From: the human T2T-CHM13v2.0 reference genome, Homo sapiens
Assembly: GCA_009914755.4 (NCBI GenBank)
Contig: CP068257.2
Span: forward strand, 896,001-960,000
Direction of reading: 5' to 3'
Length of the DNA stretch: 64,000 nt
In this document: piece after piece, positions 1 through 13,842 of the stretch
Position numbering within the stretch: position 1 is the stretch's first letter
Layout: the number at the start of each line of letters is the position of its first letter
Notes under the pieces: generated by a model
Databases searched by the model: none
What the model saw: the letters and a program-made list of their open reading frames with translations, nothing else
Told to the model about the DNA's origin: nothing
Program-made: the position numbers and the translations under genes

Positions 1-24
1 ATGTAACCCTTGTCTAGGATCTCC
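1..24. repeat. Tail of the upstream (truncated) HOR copy, landmark phase
   Basis: Bases 1-24 match the 24 bp that precede the landmark in every subsequent HOR copy. Confidence 0.8.
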
Positions 25-1998
25 CTAAATTAACTTTGTGACATAACCCTGTACTGATCATCCAGGTGATGGGGCTTTTGTCTAGGCTCTGCCTAAGGGG
101 GCATTGTGACATATTTCTGCATTGATCACCCAGGTGGCGAACTCTTCTCTTGGATCTGCCTATGGGGGCATTGTGACAAATCTCTGCACTGATCACCCAG
201 GTGATGTAACTGTTGTGTAACCTCTGCCTACAGGGGAATTGTGAGAGATCTCCCCACTGATCACCCAAGTGATGTAACCATTGTCTAGGCTTTGCGTACA
301 GGGGGCTTTGTGACATACCTTTGCACTGATCACCCAGGTGATGTAACACATCTAAGTTCGGCCTAAAGGAGCTTTGTGACATATCTCTGCACTGATCACT
401 TAGGTGATGTAACACTTTTATAAGCACTGCCTACAGGGAATTTTGACAAATCTCTGCACTGATCACCTAGGTGATGTAACGCTTGTCTACCCTCTGTCCA
501 ACGGCGCATTGTGAAATATCACTGCACTGATCACCCAGGTGATTCAACTCTTGACTAGGATCTGCCTACAGAGGTTATTGTGAAATATCTCTGCACTGAT
601 AAACTAGGTGGTGTAACCCTTATCCAAGCTCTGCCTACAGGGGCGTTTTCACATATCCCTGAAGTGATGACAAAGGTGATGTAACTCTTGCCTAGGCTTT
701 GCCTACAGGGGACTTTGGACATATATCTGCACTGATCACCCAGGTGATGCAACTCTTGCCTAGGCTTTGCCTACAGAGGACATTGTGACATATCGCTTCA
801 ATGATCACCCATGTGATGCAACTCTTGCCTAGGCTTTGCCTACAGGGGACATTGTGACATATCTCTGCACTGATCTCCCAGGTGCTGTAACTTTAGTCTA
901 GACTCTGGCTACACGGCATTGTGACATATCACTGCACTGATCAACCAGGTGATATAACTCTTGTCTAGGCTCTGCCTACAGGGGGCTTGTGACATATCTC
1001 TGCACTGATCACCCAGGTGATATAACTCTTCTCTAGGATCTGCCTACCGGGTGCTTTGTGACATATCCCTGCAATGATCACCCAGGTGATCTAACTCTGG
1101 TTTAAGCTCTGCCTAAAGGGGCATTGTGACAGATCTCTGCACTGATCACTCAGGTGATGAAACTATTGTCTAGGCTCTGCTTAAAGGGGCCTTGTCACAT
1201 ATCTCTGCAATGATCACCCAGGTGAAGTAACTCTTGTCTAGCCTCTGCTTTCACGGCATATTGTGACATATCTATGCACTGATCACCTTAGTGATGTAAC
1301 ACTTGTGTAGGCTCGGCCTACAGGGGAATATTGACATATCTCTGCACTGTTAACCGAGGTGATTTAACTCTTGTCTAGGCTGTGCCCACAGGGGGATTGA
1401 GACATATCTCTGCACTGATCCCGAGGTGATCCAACTGTTGCCTGGTCTCTGCCTACTGGGGACATTGTGACATATCTCTGCACTGATCTCCCAGGTGATG
1501 TAACTTTAGTCTAGGCTCTGGCTACACGGCATTGTGACATATCACTGCACTGATCACCCAGGTGATATAAATCTTGTCTAGGCTCTGCCTACAATGACTT
1601 TGTGACATATCTCTGCACTGATGACCCAGGTGATATAACTCTTCTCTAGGATCTGACCACAGGGTGCTTTGTGGCATTTCCCTGCAATGATCACCCAGGT
1701 GATATACCACTTGCCAACGCTCTGCCTACAGGGGCATTGCAATGTATCTCTGCACTGATCACCTAGGTCTTGTAACTCTTTTCTTCGATCTGCCCTCAGG
1801 GTGCTTTTTGACGTATCCCAGCAAGGATTACCCAGGTGATGTACCTCTCATCAAGGCTCTGCCTACAGGCACATTGCGATGTATCTCTGCACTGATCACC
1901 TAGGTCATGTAACTTTTGTCTAGGCTCTGCCTACGATGGCATTGTGGCATATCTCTGCACTAATCATCCAAGTGATGTAACCCTTGTCTAGGATCTGC
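25..1998. repeat. HOR copy 1, 29 monomers, 1974 bp (phase set arbitrarily at the landmark monomer ctaaattaac...)
   Basis: Landmark ctaaattaactttgtgacataaccctgtactgatcatcc at 25, next at 1999. I enumerated 29 distinct monomer types M1-M29 between them. Confidence 0.85.
954..1021. repeat. Representative consensus-like 68-bp monomer (M15 of HOR copy 1): ataactcttgtctaggctctgcctacagggggcttgtgacatatctctgcactgatcacccaggtgat
   Basis: This monomer is close to the majority base at most positions across the 29 monomer types. It contains TGATCA (Sau3AI/BclI) and the dyad ATCACC-CA-GGTGAT at 1006-1021. Confidence 0.8.
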
Positions 1999-3972
1999 CT
2001 AAATTAACTTTGTGACATAACCCTGTACTGATCATCCAGGTGATGGGGCTTTTGTCTAGGCTCTGCCTAAGGGGGCATTGTGACATATTTCTGCATTGAT
2101 CACCCAGGTGGCGAACTCTTCTCTTGGATCTGCCTATGGGGGCATTGTGACAAATCTCTGCACTGATCACCCAGGTGATGTAACTGTTGTGTAACCTCTG
2201 CCTACAGGGGAATTGTGAGAGATCTCGCCACTGATCACCCAAGTGATGTAACCATTGTCTAGGCTTTGTGTACAGGGGGCTTTGTGACATACCTTTGCAC
2301 TGATCACCCAGGTGATGTAACACATCTAAGTTCGGCCTAATGGAGCTTTGTGACATATCTCTGCACTGATCACTTAGGTGATGTAACACTTTTATAAGCA
2401 CTGCCTACAGGGAATTTTGACAAATCTCTGCACTGATCACCTAGGTGATGTAACGCTTGTCTACCCTCTGTCCAACGGGTCATTGTGAAATATCTCTGCA
2501 CTGATCACCCAGGTGATTCAACTCTTGACTAGGATCTGCCTACAGAGGTTATTGTGAAATATCTCTGCACTGATAAACTAGGTGGTGTAACCCTTATCCA
2601 AGCTCTGCCTACAGGGGCGTTTTCACATATCCCTGAAGTGATGACAAAGGTGATGTAACTCTTGCCTAGGCTTTGCCTACAGGGGACATTGGACATATAT
2701 CTGCACTGATCACCCAGGTGATGCAACTCTTGCCTAGGCTTTGCCTACAGGGGACATTGTGACATATCGCTTCAATGATCACCCGTGTGATGCAACTCTT
2801 GCCTAGGCTTTGCCTACAGGGGACATTGTGACATATCTCTGCACTGATCTCCCAGGTGCTGTAACTTTAGTCTAGACTCTGGCTACACGGCATTGTGACA
2901 TATCACTGCACTGATCAACCAGGTGATATAACTCTTGTCTAGGCTCTGCCTACAGGGGGCTTGTGACATAGCTCAGCACTGATCACCCAGATGATATAAC
3001 TCTTCTCTAGGATCTGCCTACAGGGTGCTTTGTGACATATCCCTGCAATGATCACCCAGGTGATCTAACTCTGGTTTAAGCTCTGCCTAAAGGGGCATTG
3101 TGACAGATCTCTGCACTGATCACTCAGGTGATGTAACTATTGTCTAGGCTCTGCTTAAAGGGGCCTTGTCACATATCTCTGCAATGATCACCCAGGTGAT
3201 GTAACTCTTGTCTAGCCTCTGCTTTCACGGCATATTGTGACATATCTATGCACTGATCACCTTAGTGATGTAACACTTGTGTAGGCTCGGCCTACAGGGG
3301 AATATTGACATATCTCTGCACTGTTAACCGAGGTGATTTAACTCTTGTCTAGGCTGTGCCCACAGGGGGATTGAGACATATCTCTGCACTGATCCCGAGG
3401 TGATCCAACTGTTGCCTGGTCTCTGCCTACTGGTGACATTGTGACATATCTCTGCACTGATCTCCCAGGTGATGTAACTTTAGTCTAGGCTCTGGCTACA
3501 CGGCATTGTGACATATCACTGCACTGATCACCCAGGTGATACAAATCTTGTCTAGGCTCTGCCTACAATGACTTTGTGACATATCTCTGCACTGATGACC
3601 CAGGTGATATAACTCTTCTCTAGGATCTGACCACAGGGTGCTTTGTGGCATTTCCCTGCAATGATCACCCAGGTGATATACCACTTGCCAACGCTCTGCC
3701 TACAGGGGCATTGCAATGTATCTCTGCACTGATCACCTAGGTCTTGTAACTCTTTTCTTCGATCTGCCCTCAGGGTGCTTTTTGACGTATCCCAGCAAGG
3801 ATTACCCAGGTGATGTACCTCTCATCAAGGCTCTGCCTACAGGCACATTGCGATGTATCTCTGCACTGATCACCTAGGTCATGTAACTTTTGTCTAGGCT
3901 CTGCCTACGATGGCATTGTGACATATCTCTGCACTAATCATCCAAGTGATGTAACACTTGTCTAGGATCTGC
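1999..3972. repeat. HOR copy 2, 1974 bp
   Basis: Landmark spacing 1999->3973 is 1974. Minus-strand pseudo-ORFs identical to those of copy 5. Confidence 0.85.
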
Positions 3973-5946
3973 CTAAATTAACTTTGTGACATAACCCTGT
4001 ACTGATCATCCAGGTGATGGGGCTTTTGTCTAGGCTCTGCCTAAGGGGGCATTGTGACATATTTCTGCATTGATCACCCAGGTGGCGAACTCTTCTCTTG
4101 GATCTGCCTATGGGGGCATTGTGACAAATCTCTGCACTGATCACCCAGGTGATGTAACTGTTGTGTAACCTCTGCCTACAGGGGAATTGTGAGAGATCTC
4201 GCCACTGATCACCCAAGTGATGTAACCATTGTCTAGGCTTTGGGTACAGGGGGCTTTGTGGCATACCTTTGCACTGATCACCCAGGTGATGTAACACATC
4301 TAAGTTCGGCCTAATGGAGCTTTGTGACATATCTCTGCACTGATCACTTAGGTGATGTAACACTTTTATAAGCACTGCCTACAGGGAATTTTGACAAATC
4401 TCTGCACTGATCACCTAGGTGATGTAACGTTTGTCTACCCACTGTCCAACGGGGCATTGTGAAATATCTCTGCACTGATCACCCAGGTGATTCAACTCTT
4501 GACTAGGATCTGCCTACAGAGGTTATTGTGAAATATCTCTGCACTGATAAACTAGGTGGTGTAACCCTTATCCAAGCTCTGCCTACAGGGGCGTTTTCAC
4601 ATATCCCTGAAGTGATGACAAAGGTGATGTAACTCTTGCCTAGGCTTTGCCTACAGGGGACAGTGGACATATATCTGCACTGATCACCCAGGTGATGCAA
4701 CTCTTGCCTAGGCTTTGCCTACAGGGGACATTGTGACATATCGCTTCAATGATCACCCGTGTGATGCAACTCTTGCCTAGGCTTTGCCTACAGGGGACAT
4801 TGTGACATATCTCTGCACTGATCTCCCAGGTGCTGTAACTTTAGTCTAGACACTGGCTACACGGCATTGTGACATATCACTGCACTGATCAACCAGGTGA
4901 TATAACTCTTGTCTAGGCTCTGCCTACAGGGGGCTTGTGACATATCTCTGCACTGATCACCCAGGTGATATAACTCTTCTCTAGGATCTGCCTACAGGGT
5001 GCTTTGTGACATATCCCTGCAATGATCACCCAGGTGATCTAACTCTGGTTTAAGCTCTGCCTAAAGGGGCATTGTGACAGATCTCTGCACTGATCACTCA
5101 GGTGATGTAACTATTGTCTAGGCTCTGCTTAAAGGGGCCTTGTCACATATCTCTGCAATGATCACCCAGGTGATGTAACTCTTGTCTAGCCTCTGCTTTC
5201 ACGGCATATTGTGACATATCTATGCACTGATCACCTTAGTGATGTAACACTTGTGTAGGCTCGGCCTACAGGGGAATATTGACATATCTCTGCACTGTTA
5301 ACCGAGGTGATTTAACTCTTGTCTAGGCTGTGCCCACAGGGGGATTGAGACATACCTCTGCACTGATCCCGAGGTGATCCAACTGTTGCCTGGTCTCTGC
5401 CTACTGGGGACATTGTGACATATCTCTGCACTGATCTCCCAGGTGCTGTAACTTTAGTCTAGGCTCTGGCTACACGGCATTGCGACATATCACTGCACTG
5501 ATCACCCAGGTGATATAAATCTTGTCTAGGCTCTGCCTAAAATGGCCTTGTGACATATCTCTGCACTGATCACCCAGGTGATGTAACTCTTCTCTAGGAT
5601 CTGACCACAGGGTGCTTTGTGGCATTGCCCTGCAATGATCACCCAGGTGGTATACCATTTGCCAACGCTCTGCCTACAGGGGCATTGCAATGTATCTCTG
5701 CACTGATCACCTAGGTCTTGTAACTTTTTTCTTCGATCTGCCCTCAGGGTGCTTTTTGACGTATCCCAGCAAGGATTACCCAGGTGATGTACGTCTCATC
5801 AAGGCTCTGCCTACAGGCACATTGCGATGTATCTCTGCACTGATCACCTAGGTCATGTAACTTTTGTCTAGGCTCTGCCTACGATGACATTGTGACATAT
5901 CTCTGCACTAATCATCCAAGTGATGTAACCCTTGTCTAGGATCTCC
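3973..5946. repeat. HOR copy 3, 1974 bp
   Basis: Landmark spacing 3973->5947 is 1974. Confidence 0.85.
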
Positions 5947-7920
5947 CTAAATTAACTTTGTGACATAACCCTGTACTGATCATCCAGGTGATGGGGCTTT
6001 TGTCTAGGCTCTGCCTAAGGGGGCATTGTGACATATTTCTGCATTGATCACCCAGGTGGCGAACTCTTCTCTTGGATCTGCCTATGGGGGCATTGTGACA
6101 AATCTCTGCACTGATCACCCAGGTGATGTAACTGTTGTGTAACCTCTGCCTACAGGGGAATTGTGAGAGATCTCGCCACTGATCACCCAAGTGATGTAAC
6201 CATTGTCTAGGCTTTGCGTACAGGGGGCTTTGTGACATACCTTTGCACTGATCACCCAGGTGATGTAACACATCTAAGTTCGGCCTAAAGGAGCTTTGTG
6301 ACATATCTCTGCACTGATCACTTAGGTGATGTAACACTTTTATAAGCACTGCCTACAGGGAATTTTGACAAATCTCTGCACTGATCACCTAGGTGATGTA
6401 ACTCTTGTCTACCCTCTGTCCAACGGCGCATTGTGAAATATCACTGCACTGATCACCCAGGTGATTCAACTCTTGACTAGGATCTGCCTACAGAGGTTAT
6501 TGTGAAATATCTCTGCACTGATAAACTAGGTGGTGTAACCCTTATCCAAGCTCTGCCTACAGGGGCGTTTTCACATATCCCTGAAGTGATGACAAAGGTG
6601 ATGTAACTCTTGCCTAGGCTTTGCCTACAGGGGACTTTGGACATATATCTGCACTGATCACCCAGGTGATGCAACTCTTGCCTAGGCTTTGCCTACAGAG
6701 GACATTGTGACATATCGCTTCAATGATCACCCATGTGATGCAACTCTTGCCTAGGCTTTGCCTACAGGGGACATTGTGACATATCTCTGCACTGATCTCC
6801 CAGGTGCTGTAACTTTAGTCTAGACTCTGGCTACACGGCATTGTGACATATCACTGCACTGATCAACCAGGTGATATAACTCTTGTCTAGGCTCTGCCTA
6901 CAGGGGGCTTGTGACATATCTCTGCACTGATCACCCAGGTGATATAACTCTTCTCTAGGATCTGCCTACCGGGTGCTTTGTGACATATCCCTGCAATGAT
7001 CACCCAGGTGATCTAACTCTGGTTTAAGCTCTGCCTAAAGGGGCATTGTGACAGATCTCTGCACTGATCACTCAGGTGATGAAACTATTGTCTAGGCTCT
7101 GCTTAAAGGGGCCTTGTCACATATCTCTGCAATGATCACCCAGGTGAAGTAACTCTTGTCTAGCCTCTGCTTTCACGGCATATTGTGACATATCTATGCA
7201 CTGATCACCTTAGTGATGTAACACTTGTGTAGGCTCGGCCTACAGGGGAATATTGACATATCTCTGCACTGTTAACCGAGGTGATTTAACTCTTGTCTAG
7301 GCTGTGCCCACAGGGGGATTGAGACATATCTCTGCACTGATCCCGAGGTGATCCAACTGTTGCCTGGTCTCTGCCTACTGGGGACATTGTGACATATCTC
7401 TGCACTGATCTCCCAGGTGATGTAACTTTAGTCTAGGCTCTGGCTACACGGCATTGTGACATATCACTGCACTGATCACCCAGGTGATATAAATCTTGTC
7501 TAGGCTCTGCCTACAATGACTTTGTGACATATCTCTGCACTGATGACCCAGGTGATATAACTCTTCTCTAGGATCTGACCACAGGGTGCTTTGTGGCATT
7601 TCCCTGCAATGATCACCCAGGTGATATACCACTTGCCAACGCTCTGCCTACAGGGGCATTGCAATGTATCTCTGCACTGATCACCTAGGTCTTGTAACTC
7701 TTTTCTTCGATCTGCCCTCAGGGTGCTTTTTGACGTATCCCAGCAAGGATTACCCAGGTGATGTACCTCTCATCAAGGCTCTGCCTACAGGCACATTGCG
7801 ATGTATCTCTGCACTGATCACCTAGGTCATGTAACTTTTGTCTAGGCTCTGCCTACGATGGCATTGTGGCATATCTCTGCACTAATCATCCAAGTGATGT
7901 AACCCTTGTCTAGGATCTGC
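5947..7920. repeat. HOR copy 4, 1974 bp (super-repeat counterpart of copy 1)
   Basis: Landmark spacing is 1974. The 137-aa pseudo-ORF differs from that of copy 1 at one residue. Confidence 0.85.
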
Positions 7921-9894
7921 CTAAATTAACTTTGTGACATAACCCTGTACTGATCATCCAGGTGATGGGGCTTTTGTCTAGGCTCTGCCTAAGGGGGCAT
8001 TGTGACATATTTCTGCATTGATCACCCAGGTGGCGAACTCTTCTCTTGGATCTGCCTATGGGGGCATTGTGACAAATCTCTGCACTGATCACCCAGGTGA
8101 TGTAACTGTTGTGTAACCTCTGCCTACAGGGGAATTGTGAGAGATCTCGCCACTGATCACCCAAGTGATGTAACCATTGTCTAGGCTTTGTGTACAGGGG
8201 GCTTTGTGACATACCTTTGCACTGATCACCCAGGTGATGTAACACATCTAAGTTCGGCCTAATGGAGCTTTGTGACATATCTCTGCACTGATCACTTAGG
8301 TGATGTAACACTTTTATAAGCACTGCCTACAGGGAATTTTGACAAATCTCTGCACTGATCACCTAGGTGATGTAACGCTTGTCTACCCTCTGTCCAACGG
8401 GTCATTGTGAAATATCTCTGCACTGATCACCCAGGTGATTCAACTCTTGACTAGGATCTGCCTACAGAGGTTATTGTGAAATATCTCTGCACTGATAAAC
8501 TAGGTGGTGTAACCCTTATCCAAGCTCTGCCTACAGGGGCGTTTTCACATATCCCTGAAGTGATGACAAAGGTGATGTAACTCTTGCCTAGGCTTTGCCT
8601 ACAGGGGACATTGGACATATATCTGCACTGATCACCCAGGTGATGCAACTCTTGCCTAGGCTTTGCCTACAGGGGACATTGTGACATATCGCTTCAATGA
8701 TCACCCGTGTGATGCAACTCTTGCCTAGGCTTTGCCTACAGGGGACATTGTGACATATCTCTGCACTGATCTCCCAGGTGCTGTAACTTTAGTCTAGACT
8801 CTGGCTACACGGCATTGTGACATATCACTGCACTGATCAACCAGGTGATATAACTCTTGTCTAGGCTCTGCCTACAGGGGGCTTGTGACATAGCTCAGCA
8901 CTGATCACCCAGATGATATAACTCTTCTCTAGGATCTGCCTACAGGGTGCTTTGTGACATATCCCTGCAATGATCACCCAGGTGATCTAACTCTGGTTTA
9001 AGCTCTGCCTAAAGGGGCATTGTGACAGATCTCTGCACTGATCACTCAGGTGATGTAACTATTGTCTAGGCTCTGCTTAAAGGGGCCTTGTCACATATCT
9101 CTGCAATGATCACCCAGGTGATGTAACTCTTGTCTAGCCTCTGCTTTCACGGCATATTGTGACATATCTATGCACTGATCACCTTAGTGATGTAACACTT
9201 GTGTAGGCTCGGCCTACAGGGGAATATTGACATATCTCTGCACTGTTAACCGAGGTGATTTAACTCTTGTCTAGGCTGTGCCCACAGGGGGATTGAGACA
9301 TATCTCTGCACTGATCCCGAGGTGATCCAACTGTTGCCTGGTCTCTGCCTACTGGTGACATTGTGACATATCTCTGCACTGATCTCCCAGGTGATGTAAC
9401 TTTAGTCTAGGCTCTGGCTACACGGCATTGTGACATATCACTGCACTGATCACCCAGGTGATACAAATCTTGTCTAGGCTCTGCCTACAATGACTTTGTG
9501 ACATATCTCTGCACTGATGACCCAGGTGATATAACTCTTCTCTAGGATCTGACCACAGGGTGCTTTGTGGCATTTCCCTGCAATGATCACCCAGGTGATA
9601 TACCACTTGCCAACGCTCTGCCTACAGGGGCATTGCAATGTATCTCTGCACTGATCACCTAGGTCTTGTAACTCTTTTCTTCGATCTGCCCTCAGGGTGC
9701 TTTTTGACGTATCCCAGCAAGGATTACCCAGGTGATGTACCTCTCATCAAGGCTCTGCCTACAGGCACATTGCGATGTATCTCTGCACTGATCACCTAGG
9801 TCATGTAACTTTTGTCTAGGCTCTGCCTACGATGGCATTGTGACATATCTCTGCACTAATCATCCAAGTGATGTAACACTTGTCTAGGATCTGC
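7921..9894. repeat. HOR copy 5, 1974 bp (counterpart of copy 2)
   Basis: Landmark spacing is 1974. Pseudo-ORFs at 7910, 8451 and 9418 are identical to those at 1988, 2529 and 3496. Confidence 0.85.
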
Positions 9895-11868
9895 CTAAAT
9901 TAACTTTGTGACATAACCCTGTACTGATCATCCAGGTGATGGGGCTTTTGTCTAGGCTCTGCCTAAGGGGGCATTGTGACATATTTCTGCATTGATCACC
10001 CAGGTGGCGAACTCTTCTCTTGGATCTGCCTATGGGGGCATTGTGACAAATCTCTGCACTGATCACCCAGGTGATGTAACTGTTGTGTAACCTCTGCCTA
10101 CAGGGGAATTGTGAGAGATCTCGCCACTGATCACCCAAGTGATGTAACCATTGTCTAGGCTTTGCGTACAGGGGGCTTTGTGGCATACCTTTGCACTGAT
10201 CACCCAGGTGATGTAACACATCTAAGTTCGGCCTAATGGAGCTTTGTGACATATCTCTGCACTGATCACTTAGGTGATGTAACACTTTTATAAGCACTGC
10301 CTACAGGGAATTTTGACAAATCTCTGCACTGATCACCTAGGTGATGTAACGTTTGTCTACCCTCTGTCCAACGGGGCATTGTGAAATATCTCTGCACTGA
10401 TCACCCAGGTGATTCAACTCTTGACTAGGATCTGCCTACAGAGGTTATTGTGAAATATCTCTGCACTGATAAACTAGGTGGTGTAACCCTTATCCAAGCT
10501 CTGCCTACAGGGGCGTTTTCACATATCCCTGAAGTGATGACAAAGGTGATGTAACTCTTGCCTAGGCTTTGCCTACAGGGGACAGTGGACATATATCTGC
10601 ACTGATCACCCAGGTGATGCAACTCTTGCCTAGGCTTTGCCTACAGGGGACATTGTGACATATCGCTTCAATGATCACCCGTGTGATGCAACTCTTGCCT
10701 AGGCTTTGCCTACAGGGGACATTGTGACATATCTCTGCACTGATCTCCCAGGTGCTGTAACTTTAGTCTAGACACTGGCTACACGGCATTGTGACATATC
10801 ACTGCACTGATCAACCAGGTGATATAACTCTTGTCTAGGCTCTGCCTACAGGGGGCTTGTGACATATCTCTGCACTGATCACCCAGGTGATATAACTCTT
10901 CTCTAGGATCTGCCTACAGGGTGCTTTGTGACATATCCCTGCAATGATCACCCAGGTGATCTAACTCTGGTTTAAGCTCTGCCTAAAGGGGCATTGTGAC
11001 AGATCTCTGCACTGATCACTCAGGTGATGTAACTATTGTCTAGGCTCTGCTTAAAGGGGCCTTGTCACATATCTCTGCAATGATCACCCAGGTGATGTAA
11101 CTCTTGTCTAGCCTCTGCTTTCACGGCATATTGTGACATATCTATGCACTGATCACCTTAGTGATGTAACACTTGTGTAGGCTCGGCCTACAGGGGAATA
11201 TTGACATATCTCTGCACTGTTAACCGAGGTGATTTAACTCTTGTCTAGGCTGTGCCCACAGGGGGATTGAGACATACCTCTGCACTGATCCCGAGGTGAT
11301 CCAACTGTTGCCTGGTCTCTGCCTACTGGGGACATTGTGACATATCTCTGCACTGATCTCCCAGGTGCTGTAACTTTAGTCTAGGCTCTGGCTACACGGC
11401 ATTGCGACATATCACTGCACTGATCACCCAGGTGATATAAATCTTGTCTAGGCTCTGCCTAAAATGGCCTTGTGACATATCTCTGCACTGATCACCCAGG
11501 TGATGTAACTCTTCTCTAGGATCTGACCACAGGGTGCTTTGTGGCATTGCCCTGCAATGATCACCCAGGTGGTATACCATTTGCCAACGCTCTGCCTACA
11601 GGGGCATTGCAATGTATCTCTGCACTGATCACCTAGGTCTTGTAACTTTTTTCTTCGATCTGCCCTCAGGGTGCTTTTTGACGTATCCCAGCAAGGATTA
11701 CCCAGGTGATGTACGTCTCATCAAGGCTCTGCCTACAGGCACATTGCGATGTATCTCTGCACTGATCACCTAGGTCATGTAACTTTTGTCTAGGCTCTGC
11801 CTACGATGACATTGTGACATATCTCTGCACTAATCATCCAAGTGATGTAACCCTTGTCTAGGATCTCC
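9895..11868. repeat. HOR copy 6, 1974 bp (counterpart of copy 3)
   Basis: Landmark spacing is 1974. It shares the GMPQSP and HCRAMPQ variants with copy 3. Confidence 0.85.
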
Positions 11869-13842
11869 CTAAATTAACTTTGTGACATAACCCTGTACTG
11901 ATCATCCAGGTGATGGGGCTTTTGTCTAGGCTCTGCCTAAGGGGGCATTGTGACATATTTCTGCATTGATCACCCAGGTGGCGAACTCTTCTCTTGGATC
12001 TGCCTATGGGGGCATTGTGACAAATCTCTGCACTGATCACCCAGGTGATGTAACTGTTGTGTAACCTCTGCCTACAGGGGAATTGTGAGAGATCTCGCCA
12101 CTGATCACCCAAGTGATGTAACCATTGTCTAGGCTTTGCGTACAGGGGGCTTTGTGACATACCTTTGCACTGATCACCCAGGTGATGTAACACATCTAAG
12201 TTCGGCCTAAAGGAGCTTTGTGACATATCTCTGCACTGATCACTTAGGTGATGTAACACTTTTATAAGCACTGCCTACAGGGAATTTTGACAAATCTCTG
12301 CACTGATCACCTAGGTGATGTAACTCTTGTCTACCCTCTGTCCAACGGCGCATTGTGAAATATCACTGCACTGATCACCCAGGTGATTCAACTCTTGACT
12401 AGGATCTGCCTACAGAGGTTATTGTGAAATATCTCTGCACTGATAAACTAGGTGGTGTAACCCTTATCCAAGCTCTGCCTACAGGGGCGTTTTCACATAT
12501 CCCTGAAGTGATGACAAAGGTGATGTAACTCTTGCCTAGGCTTTGCCTACAGGGGACTTTGGACATATATCTGCACTGATCACCCAGGTGATGCAACTCT
12601 TGCCTAGGCTTTGCCTACAGAGGACATTGTGACATATCGCTTCAATGATCACCCATGTGATGCAACTCTTGCCTAGGCTTTGCCTACAGGGGACATTGTG
12701 ACATATCTCTGCACTGATCTCCCAGGTGCTGTAACTTTAGTCTAGACTCTGGCTACACGGCATTGTGACATATCACTGCACTGATCAACCAGGTGATATA
12801 ACTCTTGTCTAGGCTCTGCCTACAGGGGGCTTGTGACATATCTCTGCACTGATCACCCAGGTGATATAACTCTTCTCTAGGATCTGCCTACCGGGTGCTT
12901 TGTGACATATCCCTGCAATGATCACCCAGGTGATCTAACTCTGGTTTAAGCTCTGCCTAAAGGGGCATTGTGACAGATCTCTGCACTGATCACTCAGGTG
13001 ATGAAACTATTGTCTAGGCTCTGCTTAAAGGGGCCTTGTCACATATCTCTGCAATGATCACCCAGGTGAAGTAACTCTTGTCTAGCCTCTGCTTTCACGG
13101 CATATTGTGACATATCTATGCACTGATCACCTTAGTGATGTAACACTTGTGTAGGCTCGGCCTACAGGGGAATATTGACATATCTCTGCACTGTTAACCG
13201 AGGTGATTTAACTCTTGTCTAGGCTGTGCCCACAGGGGGATTGAGACATATCTCTGCACTGATCCCGAGGTGATCCAACTGTTGCCTGGTCTCTGCCTAC
13301 TGGGGACATTGTGACATATCTCTGCACTGATCTCCCAGGTGATGTAACTTTAGTCTAGGCTCTGGCTACACGGCATTGTGACATATCACTGCACTGATCA
13401 CCCAGGTGATATAAATCTTGTCTAGGCTCTGCCTACAATGACTTTGTGACATATCTCTGCACTGATGACCCAGGTGATATAACTCTTCTCTAGGATCTGA
13501 CCACAGGGTGCTTTGTGGCATTTCCCTGCAATGATCACCCAGGTGATATACCACTTGCCAACGCTCTGCCTACAGGGGCATTGCAATGTATCTCTGCACT
13601 GATCACCTAGGTCTTGTAACTCTTTTCTTCGATCTGCCCTCAGGGTGCTTTTTGACGTATCCCAGCAAGGATTACCCAGGTGATGTACCTCTCATCAAGG
13701 CTCTGCCTACAGGCACATTGCGATGTATCTCTGCACTGATCACCTAGGTCATGTAACTTTTGTCTAGGCTCTGCCTACGATGGCATTGTGGCATATCTCT
13801 GCACTAATCATCCAAGTGATGTAACCCTTGTCTAGGATCTGC
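11869..13842. repeat. HOR copy 7, 1974 bp (counterpart of copies 1 and 4)
   Basis: Landmark spacing is 1974. The 137-aa pseudo-ORF is identical to that of copy 4. Confidence 0.85.
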
